The notes beneath the pieces were generated by a model. That model made no database searches. It saw nothing but the letters and a program-made list of their open reading frames with translations, and was not told where the DNA came from. This document shows, one piece after another, positions 21,106 to 31,263 of a stretch of 64,000 nt of DNA (positions are counted from its first letter, which is position 1; every line of letters begins with the position of its first letter). A program made the position numbers and the translations under genes. The stretch lies in the IMG/VR virus record IMGVR_UViG_3300045988_052780, one strand, 5' to 3'. This stretch comes from a virus.

Positions 21106-23535
21106 ATGAGTTGCTCAGTTGAAATTATAATAAATTCTAACAAAGGGGCTTCCAGCGTAATCAAGCTGGAGGTTCCCGATGCTAGTGAAATGTCTTTAGA
21201 GGATGCAGTAGGTGCTCTAATGGGTAATAAAGAAGCATATGATGAGTTTATTGCTGCCGTTAACTCTGGAGGATTTCCTCTAGCTAACTTTAATATTAAT
21301 AGTAATAGACAAGGATTTACATTACCTTCTGGTAATTACAATCTAAATACTATTAGAAATGAGTTTGACACACCTAATATAAGATATCTTGTAGATGCTT
21401 TACAGAAAGAAGGAGTTGATTTAAACGCCTATAACATCTTACTTACTGATGCTAAATTCAGTGTAAATTGGAATAGTAATTACGGAATATTTAATTATCA
21501 AGGTAATTCATTAGCAGTGATTAAACCTACTCCAGATCATATAGAGACACATTTAAAACAATTATATGTATCATCTTTAATGGATAAAGCTCCCAAAGAA
21601 GTTGTAGATGGATTATACTCTAATATAGCTACAGCAGCTAAAATACTAGCCACTGACCCCACTACATCTAGAAGAGCTATGATTACGTTAAGTAAAATAG
21701 GCTATTCAGATGGTAAATTTGTCGCCAGTAAGTCTAATGTTGTCTCTGCATTTACTCATTATTTCTATTCTAGTGCTTCATTAAGTGACGCTTTATATAA
21801 GACAGGATTAATTGGAACCTTTAATAAAATATTTAATGATTTAATAGGTGCTCCAGAGCAAGAGTCCATCAGTTATGATAACCCATCTGCTCAGGCCTTA
21901 ATAGATAGAGCTAAAATATCTGGAAAGTATCTCAAAATATCTAGACAAGATATAGAGTCCTTTATGGAGAATCACGGTTATGGTGAGGCAACTGAAGATA
22001 ATATAGTGTCTGCTATTCAAGACATTAATAACAATATACATAATGGTAAGTTTATAGACATAGCATATATTAGTGATAGTGGATTGTTATTAAGAAACAC
22101 TGTCAAGAAACCTGTATTTGATAAATCTATTGTTAATACAGAATACACTGGAGATATCGTAGATTATATAGAGAACTATAATGGGTATAATATAATCAGA
22201 TATAATAATAAGTACTATATTAGTGATAAATTAATAACTACTGCTGATAATATACATACCTCTGGTGTAGACAATTTAAAACATGCTAAAAACCTGATTA
22301 CACTACAGCTAAATAGACCTATTAACTTTGAATCAGTAGCAACTAGTATTAAGAAGAAATCTGGAGACAAAGTTAACATATCTTCTAGTTCTAAGTTGGA
22401 AATAGGAGATAGATTTAGTGTATTAGATATTACATTAGATGATAAAATAAATCTATATAATGACAAGAAGCTTATTAAGTCTATAACATTTAATAACTTC
22501 GTGTCTGAAATGATGAAGAAGCCACAATACAATAAAATATTAACATCACTAAATGAACAAGGAATTAACATTCAATCTATATTAGATACTCCGGAGAAAG
22601 TAGCGACGTTCTTCTTACTTAAGAACCAACTTAGAGATCCAGAGACCCATAATGCCTTATATAATAATAAGGTTCCTAGTATGCTTACCCCGGACAAATT
22701 AAATTATGAAACTGAGCTTATTACTAAGGCGTTAAATATAATCGAAAATGCTAGTGAATCAGTGTATGAAGTAGTTGCAGCAGCTGGGGATAAATATAAC
22801 TTACAGAAGCTTCAAATGAGCACTAACGTTCCAGTTCATAAGAAGGTGCCAAGGTCATTTAAAAGTGAAATGGTAGAAATAGCCAATCATCTTGGAAAGA
22901 ATTATGGTATTAAAATTAATGTAGTTACAGCCAGAGAATTAGCAGATTCTTTTAAGGGTGTAATACCCAATGTAGGTAGAACTAATGCATTTATTTATAA
23001 TGGAGAAATATATTTAAATGTAGACAGAGCAACAACTGCTGATTCATTACATGAATTTGCACATCTTATTATGGGTTCCATTAAGAGGACTAATTCAGAT
23101 TTATATTACGGATTAGTAAACCAAGTGGAGCAACTTTCTGATTATGATGATAAAGTACAAGCATTTAGGAATATAGGAGACAGTAGAGCAGTTACAGACT
23201 TAAATGAAGAAATATTTGTTACAGAGTTTGGTAATTACTTTAGTAAGATTGCAGACACGTGGTTTGAAGGTAAGGAAACTGACTTGGATGCCCTGGGAGA
23301 ACTATTTAAAGCCAAAACTCAAAACACATTCCAAACTTCGGAAGACATTAAAGATGAGAAATTAGGTAAATTACTTAACATGAGCATAGATGATATAATG
23401 TCAGAATTTGGTAGTGCTTTAGTTAATAAGGACTTTAGAGAAGGTTTTGATATGGATATGGCATCTGAATCTCGTGTAATTACTAATCTAATAGAAAGAA
23501 TGATTAAAAGTGGTAATTTAAAGGAGGATTGTTAA
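21106..23535 (+). CDS. large protein (809 aa) with an HExxH zincin-like motif (HEFAHLIMG ... E); possible virion or ejected metallopeptidase
   Basis: The start overlaps the upstream stop. An HEFAH motif has a glutamate about 25 residues downstream. Otherwise no recognisable domains. Confidence 0.5.
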   Translation: MSCSVEIIINSNKGASSVIKLEVPDASEMSLEDAVGALMGNKEAYDEFIAAVNSGGFPLANFNINSNRQGFTLPSGNYNLNTIRNEFDTPNIRYLVDALQKEGVDLNAYNILLTDAKFSVNWNSNYGIFNYQGNSLAVIKPTPDHIETHLKQLYVSSLMDKAPKEVVDGLYSNIATAAKILATDPTTSRRAMITLSKIGYSDGKFVASKSNVVSAFTHYFYSSASLSDALYKTGLIGTFNKIFNDLIGAPEQESISYDNPSAQALIDRAKISGKYLKISRQDIESFMENHGYGEATEDNIVSAIQDINNNIHNGKFIDIAYISDSGLLLRNTVKKPVFDKSIVNTEYTGDIVDYIENYNGYNIIRYNNKYYISDKLITTADNIHTSGVDNLKHAKNLITLQLNRPINFESVATSIKKKSGDKVNISSSSKLEIGDRFSVLDITLDDKINLYNDKKLIKSITFNNFVSEMMKKPQYNKILTSLNEQGINIQSILDTPEKVATFFLLKNQLRDPETHNALYNNKVPSMLTPDKLNYETELITKALNIIENASESVYEVVAAAGDKYNLQKLQMSTNVPVHKKVPRSFKSEMVEIANHLGKNYGIKINVVTARELADSFKGVIPNVGRTNAFIYNGEIYLNVDRATTADSLHEFAHLIMGSIKRTNSDLYYGLVNQVEQLSDYDDKVQAFRNIGDSRAVTDLNEEIFVTEFGNYFSKIADTWFEGKETDLDALGELFKAKTQNTFQTSEDIKDEKLGKLLNMSIDDIMSEFGSALVNKDFREGFDMDMASESRVITNLIERMIKSGNLKEDC

Positions 23536-26500
23536 TGGCTTGTACATACAGTTTAAATATAAATGGTCAAATACAGCAATTTAACGATTATGCTGAATTG
23601 TTTGACTTCTTAATAGGACATAAGAACCAAATTGAAATGGGACTTATATCAGATATTGTGTTTAGCCAAGACACTAAGCAGTCCGAAATGGTAGCTAAGT
23701 TAAGATCTATTAAAGCTACCGCTAAACTCAACAGCAACGGAGTAGACCCTGTATCTGGTGATATTGTGTACAAAGCAGAAGGTTCTAACATGTCAGTTAC
23801 AGATTTCTTAGAAACTGCTACTATTACCAAAGATTCTAAAGAAACTTTCTTAGGACAGCCGTTCAGTATTAAGAATTGGAGAAATAATACTATAAATGAA
23901 TTGGTATCCAAGGGTATGACTCATGCTGAAGCTGAAGAGCAGGTTAATAATATTATGGAAATGTGGGAGAGGATAGCAGATACTGGCGCTGAATTACATG
24001 CTGTTTTAGGTGATTACTTTGCCGGTCATATGTCATTAGAAGAGCTTATAGATAAGTATGCTGGAGTATTTAGTGAACAAGCTGTCAGGAGTATATACAA
24101 GAATATGGCATCTTTTAAAGATGAAATCTATAAGGCACATGGACAGGACGCTAAACTACTGCCTCAATTTACTATAGATTCTAAAACATTGGATGGAGTT
24201 AATATAATAGGTTCTATAGATTTGGTAGTGATAGGTGAGGATGGTCAACCGCATTTATATGTCTTCAAAAGTTCTGCAAAGTTGTCTGATAGGTGGGATG
24301 CTGCTAAGCAAACTAAGTATGATTACCAGTTAGCTTTCTATAGACAAATGTTAGCTTCCAAAGGTATTCCTGCTGCTAATATGGAACTGAATATAGTACC
24401 TATGCATCTGGAAGGGCTAGAGGATGGGGAATTAACTGGAGTTAGCTTCGAAGGAGTGCAAGACAGAACTAAAGATTCTGGAGGCACCATTAATAGACTA
24501 GCTTGGGGAGTAGGTGAATTTTATAATAATGTGAGTTATGCAATTCCAGTAAGACTTACCGATGAAACTATAGGGGAATCTATTAGAGATAATGTACTAG
24601 ATACTCTTAGTAAGTTTATACCTAATCCTAAGATTAAATCAATTAGAGAGCAAATTGATGTAGATGCTTTTATTGCAAATCATGTTTATGATTCTCCGAA
24701 TCCCTCTGAGGGCAGATGGTATTTTAAAGATTTCTACAGTAAAGGAAAGCCTATCTATATCAAAGAAGATTCACCTAAAGAGAAGAATGCGGAACTTAGA
24801 GTAGAAGTAGAGAAATACCTAAATAAGATGGTTAAGAATCATAGACTTAAGACTAACAAATTTATCTATGATCTTAAAAGAGCCATTGATGGTAAAATTC
24901 CGTTGGAGGATGTGAGTCCTACTACTGGATATACTACTAATGCCTTTGTAGTAACTACATTCCAGAAATATGTTAACGATCCAGGATGGGAATTAGTAAA
25001 TATAGAAGCACTAAAACAATTAGGAATTGTAGCTATTAGTAATACTATTACCAAACAAATTGATTTTATTGCATTAAGCCATCATGATTTACATACTGAA
25101 CTTAAGCTATCTTTAGGAACTACAATGTTAGGAGAACATGAAAAGGACGCATATGCTCTTAATAACAAAATGATATTATTGGCAACTAATGGCAATATTG
25201 AGTTAATGAAGATAATGGCTGCCATTAATGAGATTCCTAATGCATTAACTGATGTATTTAAAATAGGAGACATTAAGGTAATTAATACAGAAGACTCTAA
25301 AGCTACCACTGCTACTTCAAGACAGATAAAGGAAACATTTAATCTGTTAGCCAAAGCAGCTAAAGTTAATAATAATATTAACAAATTGTCCTTTATGGAT
25401 GAATTGGATGTTATTAAGAATGAGTTCCTAGCTTTGATGAACAGACCTAATGGTAAACTTACTAATAGTTTGTCTAGAGATATAGAGGCTTTATCTAAGG
25501 AATTATTCAACATTAATACCGTAAATAAGAATGAGATAGCCAATAGACTAATAGCCCTAGCTAGAAGGATGGAGAATGGAGAACGTCTTGGTAAGATAGT
25601 TGGAGGTTCTCTAGAATCTATAGCTAATGAATCTTCTAACACTGGAATAGAAAGACTATACAAGTCAATATTACAGGCTATAGCTTATTATAAAGGATTA
25701 GACTTCCTTCAACCTAAAGAGATTTCTAGATATACACAGAAAGGAACTCCTTTATCTGGAGGTATGATAACTAATCCGGATTTATTTCCAGAGGATAACT
25801 TACGCCAAATTACTCTTGCTGTGAGAGGTGCATTTGATAACGTTACTAGAGAAATGACTCCTTATCATGAGAAATTCCTTACCGGATATGTAAAACCCTT
25901 ATGGAAAGATAAAGGTTACAGTAATGCCAGAAACATTGTTATAGGAGATCAGGTTAAGCTGTATAATAATTTCTTTAGAAGGAATTCTGACGGAAGTCTT
26001 AATAATAAGATGTTATTTGTAGATCCTTATGATAGCAGTACTCCACTTACTTCAGAGGAAAGACGATTCTTAAAGCAAGCACTGTGGCTTATAAACCAAG
26101 AAAGATTCCCTAATATCAGAAGCTTGTCTGAAGATAGCGAGACGGTAAAGCAACTTAAGAAGACCGAGAAGTGGTTCTGGGTTCCTCTTATGGAAGCCAA
26201 TAATCAGATTCTACAAATGGGAATTAGTAAGTGGATTAACCAAGAAGTAAAGGACGTAACTGGAAGATTTAAGGATTATTGGAATAGATCCCAAAACGAT
26301 GCTTATAGTGATAGGGAGTATAGTGACAAACAGAAAGTAATTACTAGGTACGAAATGTACAATAGATTTAATTTATCAGAAGCCAGTGAGGAAGCTAGAG
26401 ACGCCTTATTAGCTGAATATAAACCAGATTTCTGGGAACGTAACATAGAGACCCTAGTAACTACTTATAAGTTTGCATCAGCTAGAAAGGAACAATTGGA

Positions 26501-28109
26501 TATTATATTACCTGCAATTAAGGGAATAAAGATGTCATTATTAGGATATGCTAAGTCTACGGATACAGATTTATCAGTCCTTAATGAGACTTTGGACAAC
26601 TATTTAAAGGTAGCAGTATTTAACCAATCTATTATTAGTGAAGAAGGCCGTCAAGCTTTTGAATATCTTAACCCTATTAAAAGACTAGCATCTTTTGGAC
26701 TACTTGCATTTAACGTTACTGGGGGTGTTCGTGATATGATTAATGGTATGTGGAAGCAGTCATCTCTAGCCTTTAGTAAAATGTACTATACTGATGAGAA
26801 GTTCACTAGAAAGGATTTGGCCCAAGCTATGGCATTAGTAACCAAAGAAGGGCCAGATATGCTTAGTAGGACTACTAAGATTGAGGCTATTAATAATATG
26901 ATTAGACTAGCTAATATAGATATGCAAGTTCTAAATAAACGGCTTATTAGTAACAAATCTGGATTAGCTAATATGTCTAGGCATGCTTATCAGTTAACTA
27001 CTGCCCCGGATTATTTCCATCGTATGACCATATTTGTAGCTCAATGCTTACATGATGGTACATGGGATGCATTAGAAATGACTGATGAGGGCATTAAATA
27101 TAATTGGAAGAAAGATAAGCGTCTAGCAGTATATGCTTCTGGTAATAAGAGTAATCCTGAATACAATAAGCAAAGAGGACTTTATTTATCTATAATGGAA
27201 GCCTATAATAGAGACAATGGATTAAATCTAAAAGAAGGAGATGATTTACCATTTGCCTATACTAAAGATGAAGTATTGGCTGCTAAAACCTTGTCAGATC
27301 TTATTTATGGACACTATGACCAGGAAAGTAGAGCTTTGGCTGAGAAGACATTTATGGGAGCATTATTCGGACAGTTTAAAACCTATTTATCTGCAACTAG
27401 AAATGCCTATTTACTTAAACCCAAGAATTATAATTTAGCTGGAAGAGTTCAAGCTAAGAATGACAATGGTGATTTATTATGGTATAAAGATGAGGTGGAC
27501 GAGAACGGTAATTCTATAGTAATAGTCACTACTGAGAACACTGGAGTTCCTGCTACTATTAATGAGGACAGATATCTAGAAGGTATTTATTATACTATTA
27601 AAGACTGCTTTAGGGCTTTACATGAAGGTGGATTCTCAGAATTTAGAGATAGTATCTGGAATGAAGAGACCGGTGTAAAGAAAGCAAATTTAAAGAGATT
27701 AGCTCATGATATGTTCTTATGGATGATACTTGGAACTATAGGTAAATACCTTATTGAACTATGGGGAGAGACTAGAGAGGAAGATAGAGATCCTTTAAAT
27801 CCTAACATGTCTCAAGCCATGAGAGATACTGTATTTAGCCTATTTGAAAGAGGTTACAACAGTTCATACGGAGATATAGCTCCCTGGAGTGTGTTGCTAG
27901 GACTTATTAAAAATTCAGAACCTGTATCTATAGGATACTTAAGTACATTCTTTAATAATACTTATGAGTTTGCATTTGGTGATAAATCTCTATCATCTTA
28001 TCTCACAGGAACTACTGGACTTGGTAGAACATTTAAAGGAATGACTACAGAACTTAATAATATGTCCAAACTTGCAGCAGATGCAATAGAGGAAGATACA
28101 GCACAGTAA
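23535..28109 (+). CDS. large protein (about 1524 aa); possible N-terminal RecB-like PD-(D/E)xK nuclease fold (weak)
   Basis: The ORF track start (23529) is a TTG. An ATG at 23535 overlaps the upstream stop as TAATG, 7 nt after AAGGAGG. Near residues 230-270 the pattern IDLVV ... YVFKSS ... QLAFY resembles RecB-family nuclease motifs II, III and QhxxY. Confidence 0.55.
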   Translation: MACTYSLNINGQIQQFNDYAELFDFLIGHKNQIEMGLISDIVFSQDTKQSEMVAKLRSIKATAKLNSNGVDPVSGDIVYKAEGSNMSVTDFLETATITKDSKETFLGQPFSIKNWRNNTINELVSKGMTHAEAEEQVNNIMEMWERIADTGAELHAVLGDYFAGHMSLEELIDKYAGVFSEQAVRSIYKNMASFKDEIYKAHGQDAKLLPQFTIDSKTLDGVNIIGSIDLVVIGEDGQPHLYVFKSSAKLSDRWDAAKQTKYDYQLAFYRQMLASKGIPAANMELNIVPMHLEGLEDGELTGVSFEGVQDRTKDSGGTINRLAWGVGEFYNNVSYAIPVRLTDETIGESIRDNVLDTLSKFIPNPKIKSIREQIDVDAFIANHVYDSPNPSEGRWYFKDFYSKGKPIYIKEDSPKEKNAELRVEVEKYLNKMVKNHRLKTNKFIYDLKRAIDGKIPLEDVSPTTGYTTNAFVVTTFQKYVNDPGWELVNIEALKQLGIVAISNTITKQIDFIALSHHDLHTELKLSLGTTMLGEHEKDAYALNNKMILLATNGNIELMKIMAAINEIPNALTDVFKIGDIKVINTEDSKATTATSRQIKETFNLLAKAAKVNNNINKLSFMDELDVIKNEFLALMNRPNGKLTNSLSRDIEALSKELFNINTVNKNEIANRLIALARRMENGERLGKIVGGSLESIANESSNTGIERLYKSILQAIAYYKGLDFLQPKEISRYTQKGTPLSGGMITNPDLFPEDNLRQITLAVRGAFDNVTREMTPYHEKFLTGYVKPLWKDKGYSNARNIVIGDQVKLYNNFFRRNSDGSLNNKMLFVDPYDSSTPLTSEERRFLKQALWLINQERFPNIRSLSEDSETVKQLKKTEKWFWVPLMEANNQILQMGISKWINQEVKDVTGRFKDYWNRSQNDAYSDREYSDKQKVITRYEMYNRFNLSEASEEARDALLAEYKPDFWERNIETLVTTYKFASARKEQLDIILPAIKGIKMSLLGYAKSTDTDLSVLNETLDNYLKVAVFNQSIISEEGRQAFEYLNPIKRLASFGLLAFNVTGGVRDMINGMWKQSSLAFSKMYYTDEKFTRKDLAQAMALVTKEGPDMLSRTTKIEAINNMIRLANIDMQVLNKRLISNKSGLANMSRHAYQLTTAPDYFHRMTIFVAQCLHDGTWDALEMTDEGIKYNWKKDKRLAVYASGNKSNPEYNKQRGLYLSIMEAYNRDNGLNLKEGDDLPFAYTKDEVLAAKTLSDLIYGHYDQESRALAEKTFMGALFGQFKTYLSATRNAYLLKPKNYNLAGRVQAKNDNGDLLWYKDEVDENGNSIVIVTTENTGVPATINEDRYLEGIYYTIKDCFRALHEGGFSEFRDSIWNEETGVKKANLKRLAHDMFLWMILGTIGKYLIELWGETREEDRDPLNPNMSQAMRDTVFSLFERGYNSSYGDIAPWSVLLGLIKNSEPVSIGYLSTFFNNTYEFAFGDKSLSSYLTGTTGLGRTFKGMTTELNNMSKLAADAIEEDTAQ

Positions 28110-28117
28110 TAAAAAAA

Positions 28118-28160
28118 ATGGCCTATACAAGTAGAGTTTAACTCCACCTGCATAGGCCAT
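28118..28160. terminator. bidirectional intrinsic terminator hairpin between the convergent gene blocks
   Basis: Inverted repeat ATGGCCTAT (28118-26) pairs with ATAGGCCAT (28152-60). It has an A8 run on one side and a T-rich tract on the other. It sits exactly between the plus-strand stop at 28109 and the minus-strand stop at 28166. Confidence 0.55.
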
Positions 28161-28165
28161 TATTA

Positions 28166-28813
28166 TTAAATATAGTCACCAAGGCATGCTTTGACTTTAT
28201 CAATCAATGCATCGATGGTACCATTATTCTTTATTACATAACTAAAATGCTCGTAATCATCTAGAGCATGTTCAGAAATATGCTGGTCATCTAAACCAGT
28301 ATCTCTTTCTACTTTAATTACTATTCCTCCATGAGAGATTATAGCATCAGCTTCGTTAGGAAACCTTACGTCAGTAATAATCCACTTAGAATCAGGGTTA
28401 GACTCATAGATTTGCATTAGATGCAAAACCCATAAATCTGGATGAATGTTTCTACCAATTTCAGTTCCTAGCTTTTGTAAGAACTCTCTATTGGTCATTC
28501 CAAGGTTTAAGGTAGTAGGAGATTCCTTAAAGTCTTCAGTTTCAAAGCAACACATGTCAACACCTAATATAAGAGAACTACATGCTTTTAATGCATCGGC
28601 AAAGGCATGCTTCTCCCACTCAGAGAATTTAATTAGATCGTCTCCATAATCACTAAACATATTGTTAAAATGTGCAGCGGAGGGCTCTAAACCTTTAAAG
28701 ATCTGGTTATACTTTAAGTAATTTAAGTATCTAATAATATTACAAATGGTGTCTTTACCACATTGTTTACGTCCAGCTATTCCGATTATCATTCTTCGAA
28801 GAGGGTTATACAA
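28166..28813 (-). CDS. P-loop nucleotide kinase, probably deoxynucleoside monophosphate kinase (T4 gp1-like)
   Basis: N-terminal GIAGRKQCGKDT P-loop resembles T4 Dnk GVKRSGKDT. The size (215 aa) fits. Confidence 0.55.
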   Translation of the reverse strand: MYNPLRRMIIGIAGRKQCGKDTICNIIRYLNYLKYNQIFKGLEPSAAHFNNMFSDYGDDLIKFSEWEKHAFADALKACSSLILGVDMCCFETEDFKESPTTLNLGMTNREFLQKLGTEIGRNIHPDLWVLHLMQIYESNPDSKWIITDVRFPNEADAIISHGGIVIKVERDTGLDDQHISEHALDDYEHFSYVIKNNGTIDALIDKVKACLGDYI

Positions 28814-28971
28814 TCATCACTATATTCACAATCTCTTACGTCTAAATCTCCGTAATCTACTGTGTCCATAGCTTTCTCCCAAGCTTCGTCTTTGCTGTCA
28901 GCTTCTACTTCCATGTCAAAATATAAACGACATCTAAGCTCTCTATCAATACTTACGTTATACCTCGGCAT
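28789..28971 (-). CDS. hypothetical small acidic protein
   Basis: Tiled minus-strand ORF with no motifs. Confidence 0.3.
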   Translation of the reverse strand: MPRYNVSIDRELRCRLYFDMEVEADSKDEAWEKAMDTVDYGDLDVRDCEYSDDCITLFEE

Positions 28972-29212
28972 CGCACATAGTAATAGTTACTAGCTCTCCA
29001 CTATCTATAGCTTTACGAATATATCTCATTAAAGTAATGGGTTTGGGATATTCTGCCACAAATGTAGCAGTCCCTACATCCTCTTTATCATTCATATCCA
29101 CCGGGAACATAATTCTCTGGTTCTCAGTTTCTATCTGATAATAAAGCACTCCAGCTATAGCATGTGTGAATCTGGCCGGATAAGGTAAAGTTACAATTTC
29201 TTTTAATGTCAT
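28958..29212 (-). CDS. hypothetical protein
   Basis: Tiled minus-strand ORF that overlaps its neighbours by a few nt. Confidence 0.35.
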   Translation of the reverse strand: MTLKEIVTLPYPARFTHAIAGVLYYQIETENQRIMFPVDMNDKEDVGTATFVAEYPKPITLMRYIRKAIDSGELVTITMCDAEV

Positions 29213-30144
29213 TAATTACATAAATTAGCTTTAACTAAGTCTGCAATCTTCTTCCCATCAGCAGCTGGATATTTAGCTTTCAATTCTTTGACAGCTATCC
29301 CCATCTGATTCTTAGGGATTTGTACTGGATGAATATCATGTTCTTCATTATCGTCATACCATCCTTTATCTAATGCAAGTTTAAGTAATGCAGCATTCAA
29401 TTCTTCTTTAGTAGGTTCTTTAGGAAGCAACTCCTCTAGTATCTCAGCCTCATCAGCCTCAACTGCCGATAAGTCCATACGCCCTGCTGTTTGATAGGTT
29501 TCTGCATTAGCCCATCTTTCATCCCTCATCTTCTTAATAATAGAGATTTCCGCAGCTTCATCCAAAGGTTTAGCATTCTTAGCCGCTGCATAATTAGTAA
29601 ATGCAGTCTTAATAGCTCTATACACATTAGTACGTGTAGTGTCATGCTTCTTCATAGAATCAGCAATCATTACATTCAATTTATCATTCCACATATCATT
29701 CCTATTTAAAATATTAATTATATGTCTAACATCCTCATCAGTAATGCCTATAACTGTATTAGTTTTTATAAAGTACTTCCTCTGATGAGATAGCATATCT
29801 CTATCGTCGTCTACTATAGCGTAGACATAAGGTTCTGTTTGAGAATCAAGCCATTCCTGTATTTCACAACCTCTATGGCTTCCGAACGGAGTAATACTAT
29901 GTATTTTGAATTTTAAACCAGCTTTGTCGAAGATTGATTGTAAGTTGGATTCAGTTCTCCAGGAAGAACTTACAACTACCTTACAACCAGTCTCTTCAAC
30001 TATTCTGTTTACAAGTTCAACACATTTTGGATCAAAGTCTCCTTGAGGATATACATGGTTTTTATTCCATTCCTCCCGATACCATGAAACACTATTAAGT
30101 ACTCCATCTACGTCCAAGAATAAATATTTATTAATTCCTCTCAT
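29212..30144 (-). CDS. HAD-superfamily phosphatase domain protein with an unknown C-terminal domain
   Basis: N-terminal motif I LFLDVDGVL (DxDG[VT]) is present, with an SSSW motif II-like segment. This resembles the HAD phosphatase domains of RNA-repair enzymes. Confidence 0.65.
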   Translation of the reverse strand: MRGINKYLFLDVDGVLNSVSWYREEWNKNHVYPQGDFDPKCVELVNRIVEETGCKVVVSSSWRTESNLQSIFDKAGLKFKIHSITPFGSHRGCEIQEWLDSQTEPYVYAIVDDDRDMLSHQRKYFIKTNTVIGITDEDVRHIINILNRNDMWNDKLNVMIADSMKKHDTTRTNVYRAIKTAFTNYAAAKNAKPLDEAAEISIIKKMRDERWANAETYQTAGRMDLSAVEADEAEILEELLPKEPTKEELNAALLKLALDKGWYDDNEEHDIHPVQIPKNQMGIAVKELKAKYPAADGKKIADLVKANLCN

Positions 30145-30187
30145 AAAATGTTACTTCTCAATAAGTTCAACTTCTAGTTTATAAGTT

Positions 30188-30709
30188 CTAATTAGAACTC
30201 ATATTGTGTCTACGGAGAATGTTCTCAGCTGTACCAGATTTCCATTTAGACTTACCTCTTAAGAATGCTATATCCACATCAGAGAAGGTTGTCATTGCTG
30301 AGTCTCTATCAGTATCACATTCGTAGCCTCCGACATAATGTACTTGAGGACAATCCTCTAGTGTTACCAGATCGGATTCATCTTCTACACCTTCATTGAA
30401 GCGTTCTCTAACGTCTATATAATAGTTGCCATCGTCAGCCTTAGTTCCAACTCTAAATCTAGGCTCAGAGAACATGTGATGAATGGTAAGTGTACAAGGA
30501 ACACAGTCCCACTCATCCATATTCTCTTCAATATACTTTGCTATATATTCAGCTGCCATTTGATCGCAGCCCTTACAATCACCAACTATGAATTCACAAT
30601 CTTCCCAAGTGGTTTGTCCATTATCTATAGCATCTTCTATAGCTGGTGCATAGTTAGCATCAAACTCTTCTTGAGTTAAGTCTCGGTGTCCACTAATAAA
30701 GTATATCAT
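30188..30709 (-). CDS. hypothetical protein, possibly SLOG/YpsA-like nucleotide-binding fold (weak)
   Basis: ISGHRD ... IVGDCKGCDQMAAEYI loosely resembles the YpsA/DUF1273 N-terminal pattern. Assignment is tentative. Confidence 0.35.
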   Translation of the reverse strand: MIYFISGHRDLTQEEFDANYAPAIEDAIDNGQTTWEDCEFIVGDCKGCDQMAAEYIAKYIEENMDEWDCVPCTLTIHHMFSEPRFRVGTKADDGNYYIDVRERFNEGVEDESDLVTLEDCPQVHYVGGYECDTDRDSAMTTFSDVDIAFLRGKSKWKSGTAENILRRHNMSSN

Positions 30710-31263
30710 TCCGCAAATAAATTGTCTAAGTCTTCTATTTCTTCATAATCTACATAAGTATGAAAGATGCCTTCAATAAGATGTTTGTGATTAAATGCCC
30801 ACTGATAGTTGTCAAGGTCAGACATTTTAACCCACATGATAGCTTTTACTTCATTCTCCTCTCCACCTAGCTGTCCCTTAATAGCATTAGTAGAAATACC
30901 AATATGACTCTCGTCTACTACAGCCATGAATCTCATGGTAACATTCTGTCTATTGGAATCTTTCGGGTCATCATTAATACTACACATGTAAAGAGCACTA
31001 GGTTCAACCTTAGCTCCAGTTTCCTCATAAATTTCCCTAGAGCAGGCCTCTGCTAATGTTTCATCGAAGTCCAAATAACCACAAGGACAGTTCCAATATC
31101 CTTGAAAGTCTGGTGCTCCTTCACCTCTTTGATTAGCAAGAACACACCATTCATTGTTAATCTTGCAGAATACAAACCCTACAACAGCAATACTACGATG
31201 AACCCAAACTGTTTCTCCAGCATGTTCACCTGTTTCAATTTTAATTGGATAATTCTTCATCAA
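30706..31263 (-). CDS. Nudix hydrolase
   Basis: Nudix box GYWNCPCGYLDFDETLAEACSREIYEETG matches Gx5Ex7REUxEExGU. Confidence 0.8.
   Translation of the reverse strand: MMKNYPIKIETGEHAGETVWVHRSIAVVGFVFCKINNEWCVLANQRGEGAPDFQGYWNCPCGYLDFDETLAEACSREIYEETGAKVEPSALYMCSINDDPKDSNRQNVTMRFMAVVDESHIGISTNAIKGQLGGEENEVKAIMWVKMSDLDNYQWAFNHKHLIEGIFHTYVDYEEIEDLDNLFAE

Noticed and set aside
23529-23534. ORF-track start codons at 23529, 59224 and 58488 are non-ATG (TTG, TTG, GTG) although translated as M
   Set aside because: Re-reading the nucleotides shows in-frame ATGs a few codons downstream with better spacing to SD-like sequences. In the case of 58488 the ORF is an internal exon, so no start is expected. 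Coordinates were adjusted or annotated accordingly.
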